Shown: positions 32,319-44,815, numbered from the stretch's first letter. The stretch: DNA of 47,732 nucleotides from Mytilus edulis (GCF_963676685.1 NC_092353.1:20195575-20243306), one strand, 5' to 3'. Notes: generated by a model not told the origin, from the sequence alone. A program made the numbers and translations.

Positions 32319-33740
32319 TGTCATCGCAACTCCTCTCAAACCACACAACAGAATTTCACGAAACCTTTTCAGATATTAAGGACATACTCTGTAGTTGTGC
32401 ATATCGACGGGAAATTGCGATTCAATTTTTTTTCTAGGAGTTACGCCCCTTTGAACTTATTTACTTTAATGTACTACTGCAACAGTTTGTCATCGCAACT
32501 CCTCTGAAACTACACAACAGAATTTCACGAAACCTTTTCAGATAATAAGGACATATTCTGTAGTTGTGCATATCGACGGGAAATTGCGATTCAATTTTTT
32601 TTCTAGGAGTTACGCCCCTTTGAACTTATTTACTTTAATGTACTACTGCAACAGTTTGTCATCGCAACTCCTCTCAAACCACACAACAGAATTTCACGAA
32701 ACCTTTTCAGATAATAAGGACATATTCTGTAGTTGTGCATATCGATGGGAAATTGCGATTCAATTTTTTTTCTAGGAGTTACGCCCCTTTGAACTTATTT
32801 ACTTTAATGTACTACTGCAACAGTTTGTCATCGCAACTCCTCTCAAACCACAAAACAGAATTTCACGAAATCTTTTCAGATAATAAGGACATACTCTGTA
32901 GTTGTGCATATCGACGGGAAATTGCGATTCAATTTTTTTTTCTAGGAGTTACGCCCCTTTGAACTTATTTACTTTAATGTACTACTGCAACAGTTTGTCA
33001 TCGCAACTCCTCTCAAACCACACAACAGAATTTCACGAAACCTTTTCAGATAATAAGGACATACTCTGTAGTTGTGCATATCGACGGGAAATTGCGATTC
33101 AATTTATTTTCTAGGAGTTACGTCCTTTTGAACTTATTATACCCCACGCAACGAAGTTCCGGAGGGTATAATTTTTTGACCCGTCCGTCCGTCCGTCCGT
33201 CAGTCCGTCCGTCCGTCCGTCCGTCCGTCAGTCCGTCCGTCCGTCCGTCAGTCCGTCCGTCAGTCCTGTTTCTTGTCATCGCAACTCCTCTCAAACCACA
33301 CAACAGAATTTCACGAAACCTTTTTAGATGAAAAGGACATACTATGTAGTTGTGCATATCGACAGGAAATTACGATTCAATTTTTTTTATAAGAGTTACG
33401 CCCCTTTGAACTTATTTGCTTAATGTACTACTGCAACAGTTTGTCATCGCAACTCCTCTGAAACTACACAACAGAATTTCACGAAACCTTTTTAGATAAT
33501 AAGGACATACTATGTAGATGTGCATTTCGACAGGAAATTACGATTCAATTTTTTTTCTAGGAGTTACCCCCCTTTGAACTTATTTACTTTATTGTACTAC
33601 TGCAACAGTTTGTCATCGCAACTCCTCTGAAACTACACAACAGAATTTCATGTAATTTTGTAGATAATAAGGACATACTATGTTGATGTGCATATTGACA
33701 GGAAATTATTATTCAATATTTTTTCTTATACAATTTTTTT
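32319..33740 (+). repeat. 169-bp satellite array of ~8 units, interrupted at 33139-33275 by a second head
   Basis: The tcatcgcaac word recurs at 32321, 32490, 32659, 32828, 32998, 33276, 33444 and 33612, at periods of 168-170. The ORFs 32271..33331 are periodic artefacts. Confidence 0.85.
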
Positions 33741-34199
33741 TTCTTACACTTATTTAATTTCTGCAATGACAATGTGGGGACGTGGGGTATGTGAGCGTGC
33801 TCACTAAGGTTCTTTAATTAAAACTGGAATGTTGATCAAGTAATCTATATACTGCATAGACATCAACTATTACAGTAGTAATTTCAAACTGTATTGGGAA
33901 CCGAATGAAATTTTACTACAGAGTCATTTCCTATTGGTCAATCTAATAAAATTTTTGTCAGTTTTATTGTTTCATTGAGTAAATACAATAGCTATTGTTC
34001 TCTGTAAAGTTAATTTACTGGGACCCTTTTACTAGAAATCCATAACTCATTGATTAGTTTGCCTGAGTAAAAGTATTATCTTTTAAATAATGAAAATACA
34101 TGTTTGAACTCACAAAACGGCATGTAGTGTTGGATTTATTGAATATCAATGTTATGTTTTCAATCTGTTCAACACTGATTTTATCATAAGAATGTTTCC

Positions 34200-34440
34200 A
34201 TAATACAATTCTGACCCACTCACACTATCATTTTCTATGTTTAGTGGACTGTGACATTGGGGTCAAAACTTTAATTTGGCATTGAAATCAGAAGGACCAT
34301 ATCATAGAGAACATGTGAACTAAGCATTGATTGGACCTTAACTTCCTCAAAAACTACCATGACCCAAAACTTTAAACTGAAAAACTTTAATCTGAAGCAG
34401 GACAGACTGACAAAGGAATGGATGAATAAATGAACAGATA
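34200..34440 (+). repeat. Solitary degenerate copy of the 190-bp satellite family seen at 43915-44815, with a degenerate (GGACG)-like tail
   Basis: cattttctatgtttagtggactgtgacattggggtcaaaactttaatttggcattgaaatcagaagga aligns to cattttctatgttcagtggaccgtgaaattggggtcaaaagtctaatttggcattaaaattagaaaga. Confidence 0.5.
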
Positions 34441-34689
34441 TATTATACATTGCTATTATATTTGTGTATATTATGTTGTAAATTGGAAGTTATAAATAAT
34501 AATCAAAGCGCTGTAAGCGCTGAAGGCAGTTAACCAAAAACCAAGTTCTCAAACATGTAGGGGTAGGCAGAGGATTTAGGGGGGTGCCCCCCCCCCTTTT
34601 GGGAAAAAAAATTAGTTGCTTATATAGGGAATCACTGAAGCGTGACTGGAGCGGGTCCCCTCTTAGGATGGTCAGTGGGCCCCCACTTA

Positions 34690-35800
34690 TGAAAATTTCT
34701 GGATCCGCTACTGGGGGTAGGGTGACCCTAGGGACTTCCCCTACATTTCATTTTATTTGTTATATTGTCCCATACATGAATATATATGGTTTAGGGGGGG
34801 GGGGATCTCATTGGTTTCTAAGTTCTCAAACAGGAGGGGTAGGGTGACCCCAGGGACTCCCCCTATATTTCATTTAATTAGTTATATTGGCCCATACATG
34901 AATATATATTGTATCGGGGTGGGGATCTTGACCGTTTCCAAGTTCTTAAACAGGAGGGTTGGGGTGACCACAGGGACTTCCCCTATATTTCATTTGATTT
35001 GTTATATTGTCCCATACATGAGTATATATGGTTTAGGGGTGAGGATCTTGACCATTTCCAAGTTCTCAAACAGGAGGGTGTACAGTGACCCCAGGGACGC
35101 CCCCTATCTTTCATTTGAACTGTTATATTGTCCCGTACATGAATATATATGGTTAATGGTTGGGGATCTCAACGGGTTTCAAATTCTCAAACAGGAGGGG
35201 TGGGGTGACCCAAGGGACTCCCTCTATATTTAATCTGATTTGTTATATTGTCCCATACATGAATATATATGGTTTAAGGTTGGGGATCTCGAACATTTTT
35301 AAATTCTAAAACAGGAGGGTTGGGGTGACCCCCAGCGACTCTTCCTATATTTCATTTGATTTTTCATATTGTCACAAACATGAATATACATGGTTAAAGG
35401 GTGTGGATCTCGACCGTTTCCAAGTTCTCAAACAGGAGGGTGGGGTAACTCTATGGACTCCCCCTATATTTCATTATATTGTCCTATACTTGAATATATG
35501 CAGGGGCAGATTCAGTTCGGGGGGGGGGGGGGGGGGGGGGGGCGCGTGCACCCCCCATAAATTCGCAAAGCATGGGTTGTTCTCAGCTTAAAGAATATTC
35601 CGATAATTTTACCTCAATATTTTTTTAGCCTCGCTCTGCTCGGAGAAAATTTAAGTTAGCACCCCTCCTAACCTAAAATCCTGGATCTGCTCCTCATATG
35701 GTTTAGGGGTGGGAGCTCGACCGTTTCCAAGTTATTAAACAGGAGGGGGTGGAGTGGCCCAAAGGATGCCACCTATATATCATATGATTTACTTACATTC
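34690..35800. repeat. ~120-bp satellite x9 (ggggt(a/g)gggtgaccccagggactccccctatatttcat...cccatacatgaatatatatggtttagggg...gtttccaagttctcaaacaggag). A degenerate leading copy sits at 34560-34690
   Basis: Units start at ~34705, 34836, 34957, 35078, 35199, 35318, 35436 and 35740. The ORFs 34584..35591 are periodic artefacts. Confidence 0.85.
35519..35542 (+). repeat. Homopolymer (G)24 followed by cgcgtgcacccccc
   Basis: Direct reading of the sequence. It lies inside a satellite unit; shorter G11 runs are at 34793-34803. Confidence 0.9.
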
Positions 35801-36389
35801 AGGTATATATAATATAGTTGCATTATTTGTGAAAATAAAGAAACTTTCAGCTACTTTAATTGACCCTTCAAAACTGAGATAAAAAAAATAATCCTTTGAA
35901 ATTGCAGTACTATGTTTACACTTTAAAAGCATCTCACATGCATTATCATCATTTATCACTGATAAAGAAAATTTAGACTGTGACCATGAACATGTATATT
36001 GTTAGATATACTGTTCCCAGCTGTCACGTTGTATTGGATTTTTAAATTAAAATTTGTCAAAAAGAATTTTGAGTTTCTGCATAAAATATTTTTTTGCTTT
36101 TTCTTTCTTTTATATATATCTTTTGATTTACAATTCTAGTGTTTATATTCATTTACCATGCATAGATGTATTTTTTTCACCTGCGTAATTGATCGCCAAA
36201 CCCGGAATTACCCTTATCCGCTTCCGGGATCGGATCCGATATTGTAAAATTTTGTCTTCACGGCCGCCATTGTTATGTTTTTACAATGTTGTTTTTGTCA
36301 ATCAGATACAATTTTACTCGAATTTATACAATATTTGTCGGCTATTTTCTGTATAAAGCTAGCGATTGAACAAAACGAACATCGCTGTC

Positions 36390-36458
36390 ATGAATAATAA
36401 TGATAAAAATAAGTTTTTAGCTCGTTTAATTGGAGACTTTGGTGAACATGGTGAAAAG
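36390..36458 (+). CDS. Candidate first coding exon (MNNNDKNKFLARLIGDFGEHGEK) ending at a GTAATG donor
   Basis: ATG at 36390, an open 23 codons, and a donor at 36459. Upstream there is a palindromic CCGGAA/TTCCGG ETS-like word at 36203-36232. The evidence is weak. Confidence 0.2.
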
Positions 36459-37244
36459 GTAATGGTTTGCCAAGTTAACTCTTATTTTCTTTCAAGTGGA
36501 AGGTGACTACATCGGGCATAGCTAGAAACCAACTATCCTAGGCGAAATTCCGCTTGCAAAAGTGGAAGGTTGCGGATCTCGGACCACTGCTAATTTGCAC
36601 ACCTGCCTCCAAATTGAAAAGATACGAACATTTCTTTTTCTAATTTGAAATTGCCGCCAACAGCATGAACAGTTGAACTTATTATATAATAGACTACTGA
36701 CGTAGTTGTACTACGTATTGATGACAAACAATATTCCTACGACTTTTGCCATTTGGGAAATCTAAACTACTTGTCTTAGGAGATTTTCGGCGATTAAATA
36801 TTTCATACAATTGTTCTTTGACATCTTGGCCGAAAGTACAAGTCATAATGAACTACACAAGGGTTCTTAATAAGCACTACTTCCTATGTGTAACTTTAAA
36901 ACTTTTGGATAAATCGACGATCATTTAAGGTTTTTCTGATCATATTTTTTGTAATCCAGAATAAAAAGTATTAAAAAAGTGTTCAATTAGTTATATATAA
37001 CATAGTAGCGAGCTAGATAATAACAATGGCAAGTATTTCAGCATTTATTGGGAAGAACACAAATCTAGGGTGCTCGCATAATGCAGCTTAACTGCATAAA
37101 AATACAGTTAAAAACCTATGTTAGAAAGTTAAGGACATTTTATATAGTAACACACAACCTCATACAGGCATGCGTTGGAAATCAATCCTCAAAATGTTGA
37201 TGGTATTCCATAACTGAAGAATATATATAACCCAGACAACATAC

Positions 37245-37344
37245 CTTAAGTGATGGTTCTTTGGTCTGCGCTAACATTTCACGAGTCAAGTCAACAGATA
37301 ATCTTCTTGCGTCACTTAAATAACCTTCATCAAAGGACCTGTTC
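37245..37344 (-). CDS. 100-nt exon (…Q NRSFDEGYLSDARRLSVDLTREMLAQTKEPSLK) spliced in phase to the exon at 37911-38871
   Basis: The acceptor cttgcag is at 37345-37351 on the minus strand and the donor GTATGT at 37244. CA from the upstream exon plus G completes the CAG codon, and the frame stays open. Confidence 0.4.
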
Positions 37345-37910
37345 CTGCAAGATATATACAATACATTTCACACTGATTTTAGTGATAGGAATACACAAGC
37401 AGAGCATCGAAACTCCTAAATGATTCACCAGCATAATTTTCATTAACAACTTATAGTACTTTGGATTTATTGTTATTTTTTAATTTTGTGGGTTAGGGTG
37501 AATCTAAAATTTATTTTTTCAAAGAAAATCAACTTTTGTTTACACTTGTATGCAGACTCGGGCTTTACCACGAAATTAAATATCCTAAAATTGTAAGCTT
37601 TATACCCATCCACTAAACTTGGTACACACAACAATAAATGAACCTGTAGTACCTGAAAAGATTACTTTATCGTCAAAATAAATAATGAAAATATGGTCAA
37701 GTTTTTAGATGACAGTTTTTTTTAACAATATGCACAATTTACAACGACTCTATAGATCCAATATAGCAAAAAAAATGATTAATAAAAAATTGATAATTTT
37801 CTGTTCTAATTAGTTAAGCACTAAACAATTGTTTAAAGATGCATAAATTTACTTTGTCTCACAGAACACTTTGTTCATCAGTAGAACATGAAACTCCTTG
37901 CATTACTTAC

Positions 37911-38871
37911 TGCAGTACAGAGGCTGGGGAACCCCATGATTTGGACTGAAAGCCTAAGGACCCAGACATCCGTCTGGCAGGAGCTCTAGGCCTGGGTGCT
38001 CCTGGTATCTCCTCAGCCTGTAGATGTGGTTGAGTTGGTGTTATTTTGGATCTCTGTTGCTCTGGTATTGTTAGAAAGGAGGATGGTGTTTTATTACTGG
38101 TATCTGTTTTAACAGCTGCTGGAGAGGGTGTTGGCACTGGTCTCCTTGATATCTGAGGCACCTGTGAGAGTGAAGGTGGTGTCACCCCTCCTCTAAACCT
38201 TGTATTGCCAGCTAATTGGGGTGAAGCAGTGTCCCAGTGACTTCCACTTTCTGATGAACTTGTTGTTTGTTGTCTTGGAGTTGCTGAGCCACCCATACAT
38301 ATTTTACTATCAGGTGATCCCATACAGCCAGACTTTTTTTGGTTTTCATTATACTTTGATAATGAAATTGGTTTATGCTTTTCAGGACTTGCATCAGAAA
38401 CCATTATTGCAGGAGCAGGCGACTGAATACTTTGGGTTGACGATGCTTGCATTGCCTGAGGTGATGCTCGTTGCATACTTTGGGCAAAAAAATCTTGGCG
38501 TCTCTGAGGTGATGTGGGTTGCATCATTTTTGGTAACGATGCTTGCTGTATCTGAGGAGATGCTGGTTGCATCATTGCAGGTGCCAATGCTTGCACTTGC
38601 TGAGGTGATGTTAGTTGCATACTCTGGGGATGCATTACTGGACTTCTCTGACTTACTGGTGCTGTATACCCTGTGACTAAATCTGTCTTCCTGCTAGAGG
38701 AGACTGAGGATGACTGTTTGCATTTCCTGTAGCTAGGTGTAGACTGTGGCATGTGAGCTATGCCTCCATGTACTATTGTACGGGCTGGAGCCATGTCTGT
38801 ATCACCTGTGTGTATCATATCTGATTCCAGTTGAGTTGGTTTTGATACAAAATCCTCTTTTACTATGTTTC
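37911..38871 (-). CDS. Large Gln/Ser/Pro-rich exon (~320 codons; repeated MQPxSPQ-type motifs) of an unidentified host gene
   Basis: ORF 37907..38818 in the track. The frame stays open upstream to the acceptor ttttttttag at 38872-38881 on the minus strand. The 3' end is CTGCA|GTAAGT, a donor at 37910. Composition is GC-richer than the flanks. Confidence 0.5.
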
Positions 38872-39124
38872 CTAAAAAAAATATTGTACATATTACTAAA
38901 CTGTAATAAATTGTAACACAGAAATCTTTTTACAACAAACCAAATAAAAAATATTAAATACAATCTTTCTTAGACTCATTTATTAATCCTGCTGTTACTT
39001 TGATCAAATCTTTATGACAGTTTCAATGAGACTATTTAATAAAATAACAGTGTAACAATGTTATTCCTGCCTTACTAACCATGTTTGATTTAAAAGTCAC
39101 AAAAGGTTATACTACTGGTATCAC

Positions 39125-39300
39125 ATAAACTAAACTTTATCAATGATCAGCAACATCAAGGTCAAGGTCAGATAAACCCTGGAAGACAGAAATGTACAAC
39201 TTGCAATCATTTAATACATCAAATATAGTTAACCTATTGATTATAGTATTTGAATATCAGACAAAAATAAGAAAACTTAATAGCCAATGAACCAAGAAAA
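39125..39300. repeat. Copy of the ggtcaaggtca ~150-bp family; a further partial copy is at 39630-39700
   Basis: caacatcaaggtcaaggtcagataaaccc...catcaaatatagttaacctattgattatagtatttgaatatcagacaaaaataag. Confidence 0.5.
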
Positions 39301-39989
39301 TGATGTCAATGTTAAATGGGAGGGGGGGGGAGGAGTTTTTTTCGGGACGTCAGGATCAGATGTTTTTAAGCTCAGGATTTCAGGATTGATCCTTTTGGGA
39401 TCCAGGAATTCTTTTATTGAATTTTGAATTTAAATTTCTTTAAATTTGGGACCTCAGGATGTTTTTTAAGCCCAGGATTTCTGGATAAGGACCCCTCCAG
39501 CCCCTCCTCTTAGATGAAACCTGCCAAACTGACATGTACCTCTTTCCATAACATTCCATTTTATATTTAATACACAACATCAAGTTGACCCTTTGCTTAT
39601 AGAATCTGAAAAAAAAACCTAAACACAAAACTTTAACCTTAATCACTGACTCTTGAAATGAGGTTAAGGTCAGGTGAACCATGTCTGATCTGCCTATGTA
39701 TAGTGCAGATGAGATAAATTTTTGAACATCCCCACTTTTTAACTAGTCTATAAAGACATTGCTGATATAAACCTGTATGTAAAACAAATACATTCTTGCC
39801 ACCACTATAATAATTGGAACCTATTGAATCTATATTCATGTGACTTTTAGTATGTTATAAATCAAATATGAGAATTGGAGTCTTAATCGGTGAACATGAA
39901 TTTGACTGTTTGACAGCTAATGCCCCTTTAAAGAATGAATGTGTTCTTAAACTTAAAAACTTAAATATTTTAAATTGGACATTTACCTA

Positions 39990-41235
39990 TTATGGTCCAA
40001 TATCCAAAATCTAAATACATGGTAAGATTCAGCATATCAAAGAACCCCAAGGATTCAATTTTTGTTGATATCAAACAAAGTTTAATTTTGGACCACGATT
40101 TGGACAAACTTGAAAAACTGGCCCCATAAGCAAAAATCTTAATACAAGTTTAGATTCAGCAAATCAAAAACTCCAAGGATTCAATTTTTGTTGAAATCAA
40201 ACAAAGTTTAATTTTGGACCTTGATTTGGACCAACTTGAAAACTTGGCCCATATTCAAAAATCTTAGTACATGTTTAGATTCACCATATTAAAGAACCCC
40301 AAGAATTCAATTTTTGTTGAAATCAAACAAAGTTTAATTTTGGACCCTGATTTGGACCAACTTGAAAACTGGGCCCATAATCAAAAATCTTAGTACATGT
40401 TTAGATTCAGCATATCAAAGAACCCCAAGAATTCAAATTTTGTTGAAATCAAACAAAGTTTAATTTTGGACCCTGATTTGGACCAACTTGAAAACTGGGC
40501 CCATAATCAAAAATCTAAGTACATGTCTAGATTCAGCATATCAAAGAACCCCAAGAATTCAATTTTTGTTAAAATCAAACTAAGTTTAATTTTGGACCCT
40601 TTGGACCTTAATGTAGACCAATTTGAAAACGGGACCAAAAATTAAGAATCTACATACACAGTTAGATTAGGGATATCAAAGAACCCCAATTATTCAATTT
40701 TTGATGAAATAAAACGAAGTTTCTGACCCAGAATGAATGTGTTCTTAAACTTAAAAACTTGAAAACTTGGCCCATAATCAAAATTAGATTCACCATATTA
40801 AAGAACCCCAAGAATTCAATTTTTGTTGAAATCAAACAAAGTTTAATTTTGGACCCTGATTTGGACCAACTTGAAAACTGGGCCCATAATCAAAAATCTT
40901 AGTACATGTTTAGATTCAGCATATCAAAGAACCCCAAGAATTCAAATTTTGTTGAAATTAAACAAAGTTTAATTTTGGACCCTGATTTGGACCAACTTGA
41001 AAACTAGGCCCATAATCAAAAATCTAAGTACATGTTTAGATTCAGCATATCAAAGAACCCCAAGAATTCAATTTTTGTTAAAATCAAACTAAGTTTAATT
41101 TTGGATCCATTGGACCTTAATGTAGACCAATTTGAAAACGGGACCAAAAATTAAGAATCTACATACACAGTTAGATTAGGGATATCAAAGAACCCCAATT
41201 ATTCAATTTTTGATGAAATAAAACAAAGTTTAATT
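39990..41235. repeat. ~125-bp satellite array of ~10 units (…ttagattcagcatatcaaagaaccccaagaattcaatttttgttgaaatcaaacaaagtttaattttggaccctgatttggaccaacttgaaaactgggcccataatcaaaaatct…). It has an internal ~480-bp higher-order duplication: 40260-40735 is repeated at 40760-41230
   Basis: Periods of 125-127 were measured between successive cagcatatcaaag words. This is the same family as the arrays at 23471-23990 and 25357-25810. The ORF 40397..40645 is an artefact. Confidence 0.85.
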
Positions 41236-41578
41236 TTGGACCCTTTGGGCCCCTGATTCCTAAACTGTTGGGACCAAAACTCCCAAAATCAATCCCAACC
41301 TTCCTTTTGTGGTCATAAACCTTGTGTTTAAATTTCATAGATTTCTATTTACTTAAACTTGTTTTTTTTTTACTTTTGATAGTTTGGAAAAATGTTTTAC
41401 ATTGTTTTAAATAAAATATGAGAATTTGAGTCAAATCAGTGACCATGAATTTGGCAGCTAGTGCCCCTTTAAGAAATATATATATATTAAAGTGTTTAAG
41501 CACAATATTTTCTTGATACTTGGGTCTTCTAAGTGAGGATAGAAATAAGGTGCCCAACATGATGACAGTATAATATTT

Positions 41579-42560
41579 GTTCAAACAGAACAGTTGGGGT
41601 AAGTATGGACACAACATTTAAGCTTGATTCAGCTCTGAATTTGGATTGTGATTAAATATTTGACACAGCATATGTTTCTGACACAGAATGAATGTGGTCT
41701 AAGAACTTTTTTTTTTTTAAATTTGACATTTACCTTTTGGACCCCTTTGACCTCTATGTGGACCAATATGATATCAGGGCCCAAAAATCAAAATCTAAAT
41801 ACATGGTTAGATTCAGCATATCAAAGAACCTCAATAATTCAATTTTTGATAAAATGAAACAAAGTTAAATTTTGGACCCTTTGGACCTTAATGTAGACCA
41901 AATTTGAAAACGGGACCAAAAATCAAAAATCTAAATACACAGTTATATTCAGCGTATCAATGAACCCCAATGATTTAATTTTTGATGCCATCAAATAAAG
42001 TTTAATTTCAGACCCTTTAAACCTCAATGTGAATCAATTTCAAAATGGGGCCAAAAATCCAAAACTTAATACATTGTTAAATTCAGCATATTAAAGAACC
42101 CCAAAAATTCAAAAATATAATCCCATTGAAATTGGTCAAGAAATAAGTTATTTACACAAAGTATTAGAAAAGTATTGTTTTTAGCCCCTTAATTATTCCT
42201 AATCAGTTAGGGCCATTACCCCCAAAATCGATCCCAACCTTCCTTTTTCGGTATGGAACCTTGTTGTACAATTTCAAAAAGATCCATACACTTACAAGTT
42301 ATTGTCTGAAAATTTATAAAAATGCTTATTTTGACCCGTTTAAAGGCCCTTATTTCCTAAACTGTTGGGACCATAAACCTCAAAATCAATTCCAACCTTT
42401 CTTTTGTGGTCTCAAACCTTGTGTTTAAATTTCAAAGAGATCCATTTACTTAAAAAGCAAAGTTACTGTTTGTAAACTTAATGTCTTTTCAGTCGACGCA
42501 GGCAACGACATGATACCAACATACGACCACAAAAATTTTTGGTGGTTGTATAAAAAATTA
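41579..42560 (+). mobile_element. Composite non-autonomous element, copy 3: a partial head matching 22783-22900, ~130-bp units, ~120-bp cccaaaatcgatcccaaccttcc units, and the tail cagtcgacgcaggcaacgacatgataccaacatacgaccacaaaaatttttggtggttgtataaaaaatt
   Basis: Co-linear with copies 1 and 2, but more diverged. Confidence 0.45.
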
Positions 42561-43914
42561 AGACCAATTTGACACTAAACGTATTTAAAACAGAGGTTAG
42601 ATGCTTGACAATAAAGGGCATTCCTTCTCTTCTAAATGACAATTGAGTCCTTGATGGGAGTTGCTGACTAATTTGAGGAGTAATATCTAACTCTGAAATC
42701 GCTCTCAAGCTATCAATTTTATTACATATTCATATAAACAAAATGTGGTATGAGTGCCAATAAGACACAATGTTTAAAAAGATTAATATTATTGGTCAAA
42801 GTACAGCCTTCATTTCAAACAGGAACACCAACAATTTAATCTTTATAAAAGATTAGAAATGAGAAACATATCCATAAATAAATGCACTACTTAAAATTCT
42901 AGGATAAATTGTATTATAAAAAATAAAACAAACCTGATTCTTCAAACAACATTTTGTAAACAATAGTCCCCAACCCAGAATAATATCCAGGAGTGAGATA
43001 ATAACACTGATCAATCTATCAGTCCTCTGTTGAACTGTTAAAGGTACATTATTATGGAACCCTTCACACATGAATAAACAGCCTCAGGTGTGATCTTGTT
43101 CCCGAGTAGTTTTTACAGAAATCAAAATACCTACTCAGTAAAAAAAAAGTCAGATCATAAGTAAGTGTTATAACTTCATGGATGAGCGCCTTTTTGTAGT
43201 TAAACAGATACAAGTGTGGACACACATAAATGTCTTACTAGAGTCTTTGCTTTGCCTAAATAATGATATTACTGTGAATTGACTGCATTTGTTGCTCAAC
43301 TTATAGCAGGTCATTTAAAATTGTGACCCAGTTGCAATTTGTTTTATCAAATCAGCCTTTTCAAATCGTATGAAATTTAACCCAATTCAGAATTGCCATA
43401 AAAAATAAAGTCAAGACATCAGAGTGCAAGGTGAGAATATAAAGGATACTTTCAATTCTATAAAAATTTTATTTCTTTTATCTTTAAAACTTTTTTTTAT
43501 CATTATTTATTTCTATAAAACTTTAAACTCCACTTTAATGGTCATATAAAATTGTATCTTAAAAAGTTTCTATGCAAATTGTCATTGTGAAGAGTCATTC
43601 AAAAAGGTAATGAGAATTTTAGAATTGCTATAAAAATGTCCAAACTTAGCTTTTATAACTTTTTCTTATAAAAAGTCTTCTATATTCCTAAGAATAAGAC
43701 ACCAGTTTAAATTAAAACAGATTCTATTCAGTGAAACATATGTAAAATTACAATAAGATTTTAATAAGTTTCCATGGGAGTTAATTTAAAATCCCTGATC
43801 TTTTGAAATATTGTTCTTATCTCCCCTTAAAACTTTAAGAGAAAATGTTAAAGCTTAAAGATAAACAACAAGAATGTGTCCAAAGCACACAGATGCCCAA
43901 CTTGCACTATCCTT

Positions 43915-44815
43915 TTCCATGTTCCATGGACTGAAACTCCCACTTTCATTTTCTATGTATAGTGAACCGTGAAATTGGGGTCAAAAGTCTAATTTGGCAT
44001 TAAAATTAGAAAGATCATATCATAAGCAACAAGTGTACTAAGTTTCAAGTTGATTGGAATTCAGCTTCATCAAAAACTTCCTTGACCAAAAACTTTAACC
44101 TGAAACTCCCCCTTTCATTTTCTATGTTCAGTGGACCGTGAAATTGGGGTCAAAAGTCTAACTTGACTTTAAAATTAGAAAGATCATATCATAAGCAGCA
44201 AGTGTACTAAGTTTCAAGTTGATTGGACTTCAGCTTCATCAAAAACTACCTTGACTAAGTTTCAAGTTGATTGGAATTCAGCTTCATCAAAAACTTCCTT
44301 GACCAAAAACTTTAACCTGAAACTCCCCCTTTCATTTTCTATGTTCAGTGGACCGTGAAATTGGGGTCAAAAGTCTAACTTGACTTTAAAATTAGAAAGA
44401 TCATATCATAAGCAGCAAGTGTACTAAGTTTCAAGTTGATTGGACTTCAGCTTCATCAAAAACTACCTTGACCAAAAACTTTAACCTGAAACTCCCACTT
44501 TCATTTTCTATGTTCAGTGGACCGTGAAATTTGGGTCAAAAGTCTAATTTGGCATTAAAATTAGAAAGATCTTATCATAAGCAACAAGTGTACTAAGTTT
44601 CAAGTTGATTGGACTTCAGCTTCATCAAAAACTACCTTGACCAAAAACTTTAACCTGAAACTCCCCCTTTCATTTTCTATGTTCAGTGGACCGTGAAATT
44701 GGGGTCAAAAGTCTAATTTGGCATTAAAATTAGAAAGATCATATCATAAGCAACAAGTGTACTAAGTTTGAAGTTGATTGGACTTCAGCTTCATCAAAAA
44801 CTACCTTAAAACTTT
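43915..44815 (-). repeat. 190-bp satellite x5 (…ctcccactttcattttctatgttcagtggaccgtgaaattggggtcaaaagtctaatttggcattaaaattagaaagatcatatcataagcaacaagtgtactaagtttcaagttgattgga(c/a)ttcagcttcatcaaaaact…)
   Basis: Units start at ~43915, 44095, 44285 (with a 45-bp internal duplication), 44470 and 44650. Confidence 0.85.

Noticed and set aside
33074-33357. ORFs encoding (RPSV)n and (TDGR)n
   Set aside because: They are translations of the (CGTCC)n microsatellite on the two strands.
38200-38676. 158-aa plus-strand ORF
   Set aside because: It is antisense to the Gln/Ser/Pro-rich exon. Low-complexity coding regions commonly yield open antisense frames. There are no splice or start signals.
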